Source: Candidatus Poribacteria bacterium (GTDB taxonomy: Bacteria > Poribacteria > WGA-4E > WGA-3G). From it: DNA of 64,000 nucleotides. The stretch is from the NCBI GenBank assembly GCA_963665235.2, contig CAXXLX010000001.1, forward strand, positions 3,104,001 to 3,168,000, read 5' to 3'. How positions within the stretch are numbered: position 1 is the stretch's first letter; each line of letters opens with the position of its first letter. Of the stretch, positions 9,785 to 19,782 are shown piece after piece. The position numbers were made by a program, and so were the translations under genes. The notes below the pieces were generated by a model. The model was not told the origin of the DNA, did no database searches, and was given only the letters and a program-made list of their open reading frames with translations.

Positions 9785-11422
9785 ATGAGAGCATCGGAAT
9801 TGACTGTAAAATGTCTAGAGAACGAAAAGGTAGATTATATTTTCGGAATACCGGGCGAGGAAAATCTGGATTTAATGGATGCACTGTTGGATTCTAGGAT
9901 TCAATTTATCCAGACGCGCGACGAACGTGGGGCTGCTTTCATGGCGGATGTTTACGGCCGTCTAACAGGTAAGGCAGGCGTGTGTCTCGCTACGCTGGGC
10001 CCCGGGGCGATGAACCTCGTTACGGGGGTTGCAGATGCGAACATGGATAGGGCTCCTATAGTGGCAATCACTGGACAAGCAGGTTTGGATAGGATGCACA
10101 AGGAATCGCATCAATACATAGACGCTGTGTCTGTGTTCAAACCGATGACGAAGTGGAACACGCTTATCCATCTACCGGAGATTATTCCAGAGTCTATCAG
10201 CAAAGCGTTCAAAACAGCAATCGGTGAAAAGCCGGGGGCTACGCACCTCGATTTTCCGGAGGATGTGGCAAAAATGGAAATCAGCGCGGACCCGGTCCCG
10301 CATGACTACCCGAGTGAGGCGGAACCTGTCGCTGCCTGTCTGGAACGCGCTGCACAATTGATTAATGATGCAAGACAACCGATTATCCTCGCCGGAAACG
10401 GGGTCATCCGACAGGATGCGGCACGTATGTTGACCCAATTTGCGGAGATGACGAATATTCCGGTCGCGAACACCTTTATGGGAAAAGGCAGCATTCCGTG
10501 GACCCATCGGCTTTCGCTGTTGAGCGTCGGATTGCAAGCAAACGATTTTGTTTCCTGCGGTTTTGACCGGGCGGACCTCGTTATCGCTGTCGGTTACGAT
10601 ATCGTTGAATACCACCCTCGCCTCTGGAACCCAAATCATGACAAAAAACTGGTACATATTGATACACAACCGAGTGAAACTGATGCCGCTTATGTCACGG
10701 ATGTGGAAATGGTTGGCAATATCAAACAGAGCCTCAAGCATCTGATGGCACAGGAAATTCATCCGAAAGATGCTGACTACGCTTCAAATACACTTCGAAG
10801 AATTATCCTGGACCAACTTGAGATGCACAGAGATGATACCGCATGCCCGATGAAACCGCAAAAGGTCTTGAGCGATGTCCGTTCCGTATTAGATACAGAT
10901 GACATTCTCATCTCCGATGTCGGCGCGCACAAAATGTGGATTGCCCGGATGTATCCGTGTTATCAACCGAATACGTGCATTATTTCCAACGGATTCGCCG
11001 CTATGGGCATTGCAATGCCGGGGGCTTTTGTCGCAAAACTTATCCACCCGGAACGCAACTGTTTGGCAATCTGCGGCGATGGCGGTTTCCTAATGAACTC
11101 ACAGGAGCTGGAAACCGCAATGCGAGTCGGTGTCCCTTATGTCACACTTATTTTTAATGATGAGGCTTATGGCCTCATTGAATGGAAACAGATGAACACC
11201 TTTGGCAGACCCGCACACATTGACTTCACTAATCCGGACTTCGTGAAGTACGCTGAAGCCTTTGGTGCAAAGGGGTATAGGGTACAGGAGAGCAGCGAAT
11301 TGGTGCCGATACTCAAGGATGCGTTCAACCAGAAGGTGCCATCGGTCATCGATTGTCCAGTGAATTACGACGAAAATCTACGATTAACTAACGAGCTTGG
11401 GAAGCTGACATGCCCCATATAG
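9785..11422 (+). CDS. Acetolactate synthase large-subunit-like TPP enzyme
   Basis: FGIPGEEN, RDERGAAFMA and GDGGFLMN motifs. Confidence 0.9.
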   Translation: MRASELTVKCLENEKVDYIFGIPGEENLDLMDALLDSRIQFIQTRDERGAAFMADVYGRLTGKAGVCLATLGPGAMNLVTGVADANMDRAPIVAITGQAGLDRMHKESHQYIDAVSVFKPMTKWNTLIHLPEIIPESISKAFKTAIGEKPGATHLDFPEDVAKMEISADPVPHDYPSEAEPVAACLERAAQLINDARQPIILAGNGVIRQDAARMLTQFAEMTNIPVANTFMGKGSIPWTHRLSLLSVGLQANDFVSCGFDRADLVIAVGYDIVEYHPRLWNPNHDKKLVHIDTQPSETDAAYVTDVEMVGNIKQSLKHLMAQEIHPKDADYASNTLRRIILDQLEMHRDDTACPMKPQKVLSDVRSVLDTDDILISDVGAHKMWIARMYPCYQPNTCIISNGFAAMGIAMPGAFVAKLIHPERNCLAICGDGGFLMNSQELETAMRVGVPYVTLIFNDEAYGLIEWKQMNTFGRPAHIDFTNPDFVKYAEAFGAKGYRVQESSELVPILKDAFNQKVPSVIDCPVNYDENLRLTNELGKLTCPI

Positions 11423-11507
11423 AAAAAGAACGCATAGCGTGTTTACTGCAAACGGAGCGGGGCAGAAAATGTGGTACGCGCTATGCAAATTAGAAAGGAA
11501 GTAAACA

Positions 11508-12548
11508 GTGACAGTTCCAACAATTGAGTGGGTAGATGGCAGGATTCAAATGATTGACCAAACGCTGCTGCCCAACGAATTCAAACAAATTTATTGTGAT
11601 GACCTCCCCTCGGTCTGGGAGGCGATTAAATCTTTGCGTGTCAGGGGCGCGCCCGCAATTGGCATAGCCGCTGCATTAGGCGCGGTCCTAGGGATTTGGG
11701 AGTCAACTGCCGAAACGTACGAAACGTTTGCAGCGGAACTCAAATCTGCTACGGATTACCTGGCCACCTCACGCCCAACAGCCGTTAATCTCTTTTGGGC
11801 ATTAGATAGGGTAAGCCGAACCGCCGAGGAAAACCGACACCTTCAAATACCCGCACTCAAAGAGAGATTGCTCGCTGAAGCGTTGGAGATTATAGAGGAG
11901 GATAGAGCGATGTGCCGTGCCATCGGGAAACACGGGATGGCACTCTTAAATGAAAACGATGCAATTTTAACCCATTGCAACGCTGGCGGATTGGCAACGT
12001 CCGACTACGGCACAGCGTTAGCCGTAATGTTCAGCGCGCATGAAGCTGGCAAAAATATTCAGGTTTACGCTGATGAAACCCGCCCGCTGTTGCAAGGCGC
12101 ACGGCTTACCACCTGGGAATTGATGCAGGCCGGTATTGACGTAACGCTTATCTGCGATAACATGGCAGCGCAGGTCATGAAGGAGGGAAAAATCCAATGC
12201 GTTATCGTCGGTGCGGACCGCATCGCAGCGAACGGTGACACCGCAAACAAAATTGGCACCTATAACGTGGCTATTTTGGCGGATGCACACGGCATACCCT
12301 TTTATGTTGCTGCACCGACCTCAACGTTGGACTACGCGCTTGAGACAGGGGCAGAGATTCCGATTGAGCAACGCGCAGCAGAAGAGGTAACCGAGGGATT
12401 CGGAAAATTGACTGCCCCTGAAGGTGTAAAGGTCTATAGTCCGGCATTTGATGTCACGCCGGCAGCATTGGTCACGGCAATTATTACCGAAAAAGGGGTG
12501 GCACACCCGCCCTATACAGCAAGCTTGAAGGCTTTTCAGACAGAATAG
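11508..12548 (+). CDS. mtnA: S-methyl-5-thioribose-1-phosphate isomerase
   Basis: VRGAPAIG, SRPTAVNL, THCNAG, DETRP and NKIGTY motifs. Confidence 0.95.
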   Translation: MTVPTIEWVDGRIQMIDQTLLPNEFKQIYCDDLPSVWEAIKSLRVRGAPAIGIAAALGAVLGIWESTAETYETFAAELKSATDYLATSRPTAVNLFWALDRVSRTAEENRHLQIPALKERLLAEALEIIEEDRAMCRAIGKHGMALLNENDAILTHCNAGGLATSDYGTALAVMFSAHEAGKNIQVYADETRPLLQGARLTTWELMQAGIDVTLICDNMAAQVMKEGKIQCVIVGADRIAANGDTANKIGTYNVAILADAHGIPFYVAAPTSTLDYALETGAEIPIEQRAAEEVTEGFGKLTAPEGVKVYSPAFDVTPAALVTAIITEKGVAHPPYTASLKAFQTE

Positions 12549-12560
12549 CTAAAAACCGTA

Positions 12561-13844
12561 TCACGCTGCCTTTTCAATATTTGCGCGGGTCCCCTCGACA
12601 TCAAAACAGGCGTATTGATTGGTCCGCATAATTTGCGTAGCAAACGCCATTGCCTGCTTTTCTGTGAAATACCCGTCCTCGATTTCTGCCTCAAGGGCGC
12701 GGCGGATTTCGTTCCGCGCTTGTATAGAGTATGCCATCGCACTTGTCGGCCACCCGGTGTCCCCACCGAAGGCAAACAGCTTATTTGAGGGCACTGCATG
12801 GATGCATCGGCGTAAGAAATCGCGTGAACTGTATGGGTCGATGCTCCATGCCCAGCAGAAATCAACCCAGATGTTGCGGTAGTGCTTGGCAAGAGCGACC
12901 AGTTCATCGTTATACGGGTAGGCGATGTGCATGAGTACAAACTTCGCGTCAAGATATCGCGCGAATAAAGCACACATATTCCCCGCTGGGATGCGGCTGA
13001 CAGGCATTCGGTCGTTGCCTGCGTAGTAGCCGGTATGAATTTTGAACGGGAGATTGTGTTCAATAGTCAGTTCAACCCCGCGTGCCCAGCACCAATCGCC
13101 GAGGCAGAGGCGCGTGGATTCATCTGCGGATTTTGTGAGCACAGCATCTAGCGCAGTAGCAGCATCGGCATCGGTTCGTTCGCTCCAGTCGAGCGTTCGG
13201 TTATAGGCATGCTGCGATTTTACGGCGATAGCACACGGTGCATGCTTCGCGAAAATTGCCGACAATGCGTTTTTCAAGGAGGCGAGGTCTTTAACTTCAA
13301 CACCGGTTTCCGCATGAATAGCACTCGGGTCAATTTGCCCGTTGCAGAAGGTTGCCCACGACAGGTCATAGAGGAAAAAATCTAATCCTGATGGGTCAGG
13401 CGGACAGGGCCAGCTGAAATCATCGGTTTGGATATGGTCGAGATTTGCAAGGTCGTGTAAGATATGATAACGTTTGCCTGGGGTGCGAAGCGTCTGCACC
13501 TTACCTTGTGCCTCAGCGAGCGCGTCCCCAGTTAGTTCATCAAGACCGTAGATATGTTTCGCGATGAGGCGTACAGCTTCGCCGTATCCTGTAAATTGCG
13601 TTGCTTCCCACGCCTCGCGAATTCCTTCGAATCGGTCTTTGATATCACGGGATGCGTCCATCAAATTTTTCATCGACTCCGGCGTGGCCCCGGCGGTGTT
13701 AAGGTCGGCTGGGACATAGTTTCCGAATAAATCTTGAAGGATATCGGGTCCGTTTTCGACCCAATCATTTTCTCTCCGCATGTGTTCATGCGTATCAACT
13801 AAGCGGATAGATTGAATATGATGTGTTAAATCTGTAGTTTCCAT
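12561..13844 (-). CDS. Amidohydrolase-family protein
   Basis: DTHEH metal motif, KIHTG, FGGDT; cat at 13842-13844 and tca at 12561 show the minus strand (track label + is wrong). Confidence 0.85.
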   Translation of the reverse strand: METTDLTHHIQSIRLVDTHEHMRRENDWVENGPDILQDLFGNYVPADLNTAGATPESMKNLMDASRDIKDRFEGIREAWEATQFTGYGEAVRLIAKHIYGLDELTGDALAEAQGKVQTLRTPGKRYHILHDLANLDHIQTDDFSWPCPPDPSGLDFFLYDLSWATFCNGQIDPSAIHAETGVEVKDLASLKNALSAIFAKHAPCAIAVKSQHAYNRTLDWSERTDADAATALDAVLTKSADESTRLCLGDWCWARGVELTIEHNLPFKIHTGYYAGNDRMPVSRIPAGNMCALFARYLDAKFVLMHIAYPYNDELVALAKHYRNIWVDFCWAWSIDPYSSRDFLRRCIHAVPSNKLFAFGGDTGWPTSAMAYSIQARNEIRRALEAEIEDGYFTEKQAMAFATQIMRTNQYACFDVEGTRANIEKAA

Positions 13845-14189
13845 GAAAATTCTCCTTCTTAAAAACGAAATCGGTCTGGTCTAGTAAATTTTGTACTTGA
13901 CAAATATATCAAATCATGATGTAATATATAGTGTCTTGACGAGCTAGCTACCTTTTTCGCGAGATTGAGTGTGATATTTCGCAATGTGTTTGCAGCAAAA
14001 CATCTGCGTTCCATTATACAGAAAAAGTGTTTTTGTGTCAAGAGAAACCTCCAATTTTCCAATTTGGCCGCGAGGCATATTCTCGTTGCTTTTCTGGAAG
14101 TATGCATTCTCCGAATGCTGGAAGCAACAGGAAAGCAACGCGTGCGACAACTTACTGAAACGAACGGAGGAAAACCACAGGAGCAGATA

Positions 14190-15110
14190 ATGCCTACAGG
14201 ACGGATTAAGTACTACAATTCGGATAAAGGGTTCGGCTTCATTGCACAAGATAGCAATGAAGAGGATGTCTTTTTACACAATTCCGCGATTAAACACGCG
14301 GAATACGAGGAGCTTCGCGTCGGTCAACGCGTTAAGTATAACGTCGTTGAAGGCGAGAAGGGCCTCGTTGCTAAAAACGTCGAAGTGTTGCTGACCTCAA
14401 CGGAACGGAGATGGCTGCGCCAAGGGAAAACGATTATACCCCGCGGCTACTCCGGATTTCCAGCCCAAAATCAGGAACAGCTTTTCAATGAAAATGAACC
14501 GTTGGTTGATAAAACCGACCCAGAGAACAGGACACCCGCACTCAAAACCACGTCACCCCCCGGAGATAAGCCCCCGCAAACCGATTCCCCTACATCCCAG
14601 ACTGAACCGATAGTAGAAGGTAAAGAGCAAACCTCCAAACGGTTGAGCTTCGGTGACCTGTATATCCTCAAACAGATCAATTTTGAGACCCCGATGTTTT
14701 TTGCATTGTATAACCACGAGCAAGTGCCTGCTACGGTATTAGAGATGACGCTCTCTACTTTTACGCTTAATTGCAGCGGAAAGGAGCAGGTCATTGCGAA
14801 AACGGACATAAAATATTGCTATAAAGACATCGACGCAGAGAACTTACGCGCACTGCTACGTTACAATGAAGAGGTCAAGGCGCGACAACTCAAAGCGACA
14901 GCTGCTCCCGAAGATGTCTATACGCTCGATGCTGAAACGGCTCAACACGCCCGAAAAGATGGAAATTCAATCAGGGTCACCCTCAGGGAGGGCGAAATCT
15001 TCCAAGGCACAGTTGACTGGATTAGTCCTTACGAGATTAAGATGGTCCTGGAAAACGGTTCTAAGGTTGTCGTGTTTCGGCACGCCCTCCACAATTTTGG
15101 AGTAGTATAA
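14190..15110 (+). CDS. Cold-shock domain protein fused to one clear and one probable Hfq/Sm-like domain
   Basis: ATG 14190 after AGGAG; GRIKYYNSDKGFGFI...VFLHNS (RNP1/RNP2); C-terminal IRVTLREGEIFQGTVDWISPYEI...VVVFRHALHNF resembles Hfq Sm1/Sm2. Confidence 0.8.
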   Translation: MPTGRIKYYNSDKGFGFIAQDSNEEDVFLHNSAIKHAEYEELRVGQRVKYNVVEGEKGLVAKNVEVLLTSTERRWLRQGKTIIPRGYSGFPAQNQEQLFNENEPLVDKTDPENRTPALKTTSPPGDKPPQTDSPTSQTEPIVEGKEQTSKRLSFGDLYILKQINFETPMFFALYNHEQVPATVLEMTLSTFTLNCSGKEQVIAKTDIKYCYKDIDAENLRALLRYNEEVKARQLKATAAPEDVYTLDAETAQHARKDGNSIRVTLREGEIFQGTVDWISPYEIKMVLENGSKVVVFRHALHNFGVV

Positions 15111-15111
15111 A

Positions 15112-15705
15112 ATGGCAACACATTCAGAACAGGTAATGGCTGCTTACAACGGACTCGTCGCTGAAATAACAAGAGATGTGCGCCGGTTGCGTGAAGAATA
15201 CGGACGTTTGCCGTGTCCGACAGATTGCTTTAAGTGCTGTCGCAATACGGCGACAATGCCCATAAGTGAAGTCGAAGCGCGCGACCTAAAGCGCGGTTTA
15301 GACGCTCTTCCGCAGCAGATACGCCGTCATATTCGTAAAAAGGCGGACCGGACAATTGCTGTCCTACAAGCAGCTGGGCATTCACAAGAAAAGATGGTCC
15401 AGGATGCAGGTATGGAGGCTATCCAGCTTGTCAAAGGGAAACCGGTCGGCGAGTGTCCGATGCTTATCGGGGGTGTTTGCAGTGTCTATGAACATCGTCC
15501 GGTGATATGCCGCGTGTGGGGTTATCCCATCGATAACGGCAATGAACTCAGCTGTTGTCATAAAACTTTCATCGGGCAACGGCAAAAGTTTAAACCGATA
15601 GATTACAGCGGGTATTGGCGGCGGTGTAAGACACTTAGCGAAGCACTAGGCGCGACCCAAAAAACACCGAACTGTTATCTCGTTTCGCGGCTGATAGAGA
15701 CATAG
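15112..15705 (+). CDS. YkgJ-family CxxxCxxCC cysteine-cluster protein
   Basis: CPTDCFKCC, CPML...CSVYEHRPVICR. Confidence 0.85.
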   Translation: MATHSEQVMAAYNGLVAEITRDVRRLREEYGRLPCPTDCFKCCRNTATMPISEVEARDLKRGLDALPQQIRRHIRKKADRTIAVLQAAGHSQEKMVQDAGMEAIQLVKGKPVGECPMLIGGVCSVYEHRPVICRVWGYPIDNGNELSCCHKTFIGQRQKFKPIDYSGYWRRCKTLSEALGATQKTPNCYLVSRLIET

Positions 15706-15750
15706 CTCCAACATGCTATGCAATGGATGCATGTGGCAACATCTGAACAG

Positions 15751-16065
15751 CTAAATATCTTCTGACGCGTTGAACTCGCGCAAAAAGGTGAAGGTATAAA
15801 TTCCGGTACGGTGCCCATCGCTCCAGAGAAGCCGAATCGCATAGCGGCCAACGCGCTGAATATCTACGATGTGCAGCTTCTCCCAAAACTCTTCAGTCGG
15901 TAACACCCGAAGCAGATCAGCGTTTTGTCGTTCCGCGTCGCACCGCGCGCACGGGCAGTTTTGCCGAAGAAGGCGGTAGGCGTGTTCACTCCGATGCCCA
16001 TCTTTCCATTGAATAGCGAGACTATTCGGCAAACGTTTGATTTCGGTAGGTTGTACATTCAGCAT
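15751..16065 (-). CDS. DUF971 / GBBH-N-like protein
   Basis: WKDGH...LRQNCPCARC...VGRYAI..WSDGH.TGIYTF. Confidence 0.85.
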   Translation of the reverse strand: MLNVQPTEIKRLPNSLAIQWKDGHRSEHAYRLLRQNCPCARCDAERQNADLLRVLPTEEFWEKLHIVDIQRVGRYAIRLLWSDGHRTGIYTFTFLREFNASEDI

Positions 16066-16144
16066 TTGAAGTCAAACGGGGTGTCAATCTTCAGCATCCG
16101 CATCGGGTGTCTCCAATTAACACAAACCCGTTTGTCCTCGTTGG

Positions 16145-16408
16145 TTACAGGAAGTAATCCGCGTTGATTTGTGTGAAATGTTCCCATTCATCCGGGACAT
16201 CTTCCTCCATGAAGATAGCCTCAACGGGGCATTCCGGTTCACATACCCCACAATCAATACATTCCTCCGGATCGATAAAGAGTTGATTGACCTCTTCATA
16301 TTCATCGGCTGCATCCGTCGGATGTGGGTGAATGCAATCCACGGGGCATACATCAACACACGCGTTATCTTTAACATCAATACAAGGTTCACAAATTACA
16401 TACGTCAC
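16145..16408 (-). CDS. 7Fe/8Fe-type ferredoxin
   Basis: CVDVCPVDCIH and CIDCGVCEPECP. Confidence 0.92.
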   Translation of the reverse strand: MTYVICEPCIDVKDNACVDVCPVDCIHPHPTDAADEYEEVNQLFIDPEECIDCGVCEPECPVEAIFMEEDVPDEWEHFTQINADYFL

Positions 16409-16615
16409 TGAAAAAATCCTCCTTTTTGTTAAAATTCAGCTATAGGTTTTCCGCTTGCATTCCGTTATAATAATACCATGTAGAATCCGGTTTGTCAAGT
16501 ACTATTTTAAAATTTACCACAACCAATACTTGACAACAAAATGTTTGTATCAGATAGTAAAATCCGCAAATATGTGAGCAAGCTGTGAGAAGTTGTATCA
16601 TTGCTGGGTTTTCTC

Positions 16616-17020
16616 TCATGAAAACGCAGCAAGAAAGTCTGCGGCTGTTAGGATCTGGATGTTCTGATAGTTTCCAAGTACTAGGAGATGGCGGTCCCCA
16701 GTAACAATATGAGTTGCTGCCCCTGCAACAGCACACTCAATGATTTTATTGTCGTCCGGATCCGCATCAACAACGTTGAGCGTGTTCCTAATCGTAACCA
16801 GTCGCATGAAATCAAGGAAGAACGCAATCCTATCTCTCGTTTGGATTGATGAGAAATTGAGCTTGGCAGAAAGTTTTTTTGCCAATTCATCTAAAATTTC
16901 TGCACAAGTCACTGCTTCAACACTGCCTCGTCGTGCTAGCTCAAGACAGTGATAGGGGGTTCCTCGCCAACCGGTCCCGGAGAAAAGGATATTTGTATCA
17001 AAAACAACTATTGGGTACAT
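16616..17020 (-). CDS. PIN-domain putative toxin
   Basis: VVFDTNIL, DPDDNKIIECA and IVTGDRHLL motifs. Confidence 0.9.
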   Translation of the reverse strand: MYPIVVFDTNILFSGTGWRGTPYHCLELARRGSVEAVTCAEILDELAKKLSAKLNFSSIQTRDRIAFFLDFMRLVTIRNTLNVVDADPDDNKIIECAVAGAATHIVTGDRHLLVLGNYQNIQILTAADFLAAFS

Positions 17021-17247
17021 TCGCGGTCTTCATGAATGAGGTCGTCAACAAAACGTTCACGCTCTTCCTCGTTCATCGCGTCCCAATCTAAACCTCGTGA
17101 GACACATAACTTCCGGAGCTGTGCTTCGGCATAGTCCATAAGTGCTGCTTGTTTAGGGTCTAATTTATTTGAATCGGCACGCGCGACTGCCTGCCCATTT
17201 TCAGGCAGGAGTTCTTGATTGCTTGTTGAGCCGACAGTTAAACTCAT
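17008..17247 (-). CDS. Small acidic protein overlapping the PIN gene, putative antitoxin
   Basis: ATG 17247 after AAGGAGG; 13-bp overlap with the toxin start. Confidence 0.65.
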   Translation of the reverse strand: MSLTVGSTSNQELLPENGQAVARADSNKLDPKQAALMDYAEAQLRKLCVSRGLDWDAMNEEERERFVDDLIHEDRECTQ

Positions 17248-17447
17248 CTCATTTTCCTCCTTCGTGAACCCGGTATCTTGTGTGAGCAGGTTTCCAAGAG
17301 ACCAGAAGTGCACTCCTAATTATCTTACTGCAATTATACATTGTCGCGTTGTATTCGTCAATTGCTTTCAGCGACTTTTAAAATTTCTGTGATTTTGACG
17401 CAATTAAATTCCGTACCAGCGGTCAAATGACGTTGTAGAATTTTGTC

Positions 17448-18251
17448 CTATTCCACGGCTACAATTGAAATCTTCCACCGGTCGGCTTGTTGGCAGAGGC
17501 GCGGCGAGTCCATAACAAAGGTCCGTTTTGCTTCAACGGCTAACACGCTATTTTTGGCAGAACGCAGCGTCTCGAGCGTTTGCATGCCGACTGTCGGAAC
17601 GTCAATCCGGAAGTCGTGGTGTTCCGCCGCAGCTTTCACGACTACAACGCCTTTGCCGCCCAGGGCAACGCCTCTCTGAATCGTAGCATCTGTCCCCTCA
17701 ACCGCCTCAATTGCAAGGATAACCTGATTTTTAATGACAACGGTTTGCCCGATATCCAAATTCGCCATTTGGCGAGCGACGGTTAGACCGCGTTCTATAT
17801 CTCCCCATTGTGCAGCGTTCGGTTCGCGCTCCGTTAAAACCCCCGGTTCAGGAAGCAGATGTCCAAGGAAATGGTCCTGCGTTAAGATAGAAATGCCCGC
17901 AGCTTGAAAGTGGTCAAGAATAGATGAAATCAGGGAGGCTGTTTTTTCCCGGCGATGTCGTGCCAAAAGCTTGAGGGCAGTCGCATCAAATTGGAACGGA
18001 CGTAACAGGATACTCCGCTCAACTTTACCGATAATGACAAGCTCCTTGACGTTTAAATCGAGAAGCGTTTGCGTGACCTTCTGAATTTGGCCGACCCCGT
18101 AGGCGTGCATCTCACACGGAATGCCAACGAAACGCTCGGCATCGCCTTTGGTAATTTGGATAATAACCAGGTCTCGCCCCTGTGCAATAGCTGCGCGTGC
18201 TACGAAAACAGGGAGCTCACCTGCTCCCGCGATGATGCCAAGTTTTTCCAC
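17448..18251 (-). CDS. lpxI: UDP-2,3-diacylglucosamine diphosphatase LpxI
   Basis: GTG start, LGIIAGAGELP, DIGQTVV, AIEAVEGTD, DVPTVG; the track's upstream extension is repeat DNA. Confidence 0.9.
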   Translation of the reverse strand: MEKLGIIAGAGELPVFVARAAIAQGRDLVIIQITKGDAERFVGIPCEMHAYGVGQIQKVTQTLLDLNVKELVIIGKVERSILLRPFQFDATALKLLARHRREKTASLISSILDHFQAAGISILTQDHFLGHLLPEPGVLTEREPNAAQWGDIERGLTVARQMANLDIGQTVVIKNQVILAIEAVEGTDATIQRGVALGGKGVVVVKAAAEHHDFRIDVPTVGMQTLETLRSAKNSVLAVEAKRTFVMDSPRLCQQADRWKISIVAVE

Positions 18252-18419
18252 GTCTCTTCTTCCGTTCTTGCAACCGATTAGCCCAATATAATAGGCGATA
18301 TGTTTATAGCATGTTGGAAACCGTTGGAAACCTTTAGCAAGGGAAAGAGGTAGATGCACGCTCATCAAACCGCGTATTGGAATCACAACCTCTTGCCAAT
18401 TGCCAATCGCTAATGTCCA

Positions 18420-19673
18420 TTAAGTATGCCGAATTGCCTCAATCGGGCTTAATTTGGCCGCCTGACTAGCTGGATAATAGCCGAAGAAGATGCCCACCGC
18501 AGCACCCGCAGCAACTGAAATAAGCATAGCCTCTAACGTAATCACAGAGGGCCAGGTAAATTCCCGCAGGAAAAATTTGCTTACCGCCCACGAAAAGCAC
18601 TTCCCGACTAACGTGCCTGTTACAATGCCTAACACGCTCCCCATCAGACACAGAAGGATGGACTCTGTCAGAAATTGGAGACGAATATGATAACTTTTCG
18701 CACCAACCGCCTTACGCAACCCAACCTCCGGTATCCGTTCCGTAACCGAGACTAACATAATATTGAGAATGCCGATGCCAGCGACAATTAACGATACCGA
18801 GGCGATAATAACTAGCACTAACTCTATGATAAAAATAGTTCTTTTCGCACTTTCAATGCCTTTCTTGGCACTCCACGTCCGAAAAAATGTATCATCCCCA
18901 CCATGGTTCCGGGTCAGAACAGTTTCAACCTCCTTAAGAGCCTGCTCTACTACATCGGGACTCTTCGCGCGAATCATAATCGCACCGACATGCGTACGCC
19001 CCCCAAAACGGATTTGTGCAGTCGTTATCGGAATGAAGATCATGTTGTCATCACTCTTCCCTACCTCTAATCCGTCACCACGGCTTTCCATAATACCAAT
19101 TACGGTAAAACGTTTTCTGTTCCGGCCATGGCTGATGCTGACCTCCTGCCCAATTGGGTCTATGCCTTTAAATTGCTCTTTCCAGACTTTTGAACCGATG
19201 ACACAAACTTTAGTCCAGAAGTTTAAATCTGTATCGGCGAGAAATCTGCCATACTCCGTATCCCATTGACGCACCTTTTGGTATTCAAACGTGGTGGCAC
19301 GCATGTAGGTTTGCTGATGTTTTCCCTCAACTTCAAAGTCTATGTAATGACTTCTTTCTACGGTAGCGACTTCAACGGAGGGACACTGCTCCTGAATATG
19401 GCGCAGGTCTCGCATCTCTAGGTAATGTGGGCTCGTATTGCGCCGCCAACGCCCATTTTTCTGGATATGCCCCGGACGGTAAACGCCGAACATGCTCGGC
19501 CCACCGATTTTGTCTATTTGACTCCTCATGAGCTTTTCTGCACCGGCACCGAAGGACATCATCGCAATGATGCCTGCAATGCCAATGGTAATCCCTAAAA
19601 GCGTTAAAATTGTGCGGAGCTTACTTGCACGGAGCACTGAAAACGCAGTAATCAGATTTTCTAAGAGTTTCAT
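18420..19673 (-). CDS. MacB/FtsX-family ABC transporter permease
   Basis: LRTILTLLGITIG, GIGILNIMLVSVTERIPEVGLRKAVGA and GYYPA motifs. Confidence 0.92.
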   Translation of the reverse strand: MKLLENLITAFSVLRASKLRTILTLLGITIGIAGIIAMMSFGAGAEKLMRSQIDKIGGPSMFGVYRPGHIQKNGRWRRNTSPHYLEMRDLRHIQEQCPSVEVATVERSHYIDFEVEGKHQQTYMRATTFEYQKVRQWDTEYGRFLADTDLNFWTKVCVIGSKVWKEQFKGIDPIGQEVSISHGRNRKRFTVIGIMESRGDGLEVGKSDDNMIFIPITTAQIRFGGRTHVGAIMIRAKSPDVVEQALKEVETVLTRNHGGDDTFFRTWSAKKGIESAKRTIFIIELVLVIIASVSLIVAGIGILNIMLVSVTERIPEVGLRKAVGAKSYHIRLQFLTESILLCLMGSVLGIVTGTLVGKCFSWAVSKFFLREFTWPSVITLEAMLISVAAGAAVGIFFGYYPASQAAKLSPIEAIRHT

Positions 19674-19782
19674 TTTTTTACCATATAGCCGTAGACGAAA
19701 AGATTTTTTTTGTTGCACCAATTCACGAAACGTGCTAAAATGATTTAGACGCATGTTCGCGAACCTACAGCAATCTAAACAA

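Noticed and set aside
12561-13844. Plus-strand ORF as labelled in the track
   Set aside because: The listed protein is encoded by the reverse complement (cat at 13842-13844)
13965-14189. N-terminal extension of the cold-shock protein
   Set aside because: The CSD begins at ATG 14190 with a good RBS; the upstream part is probably 5' UTR
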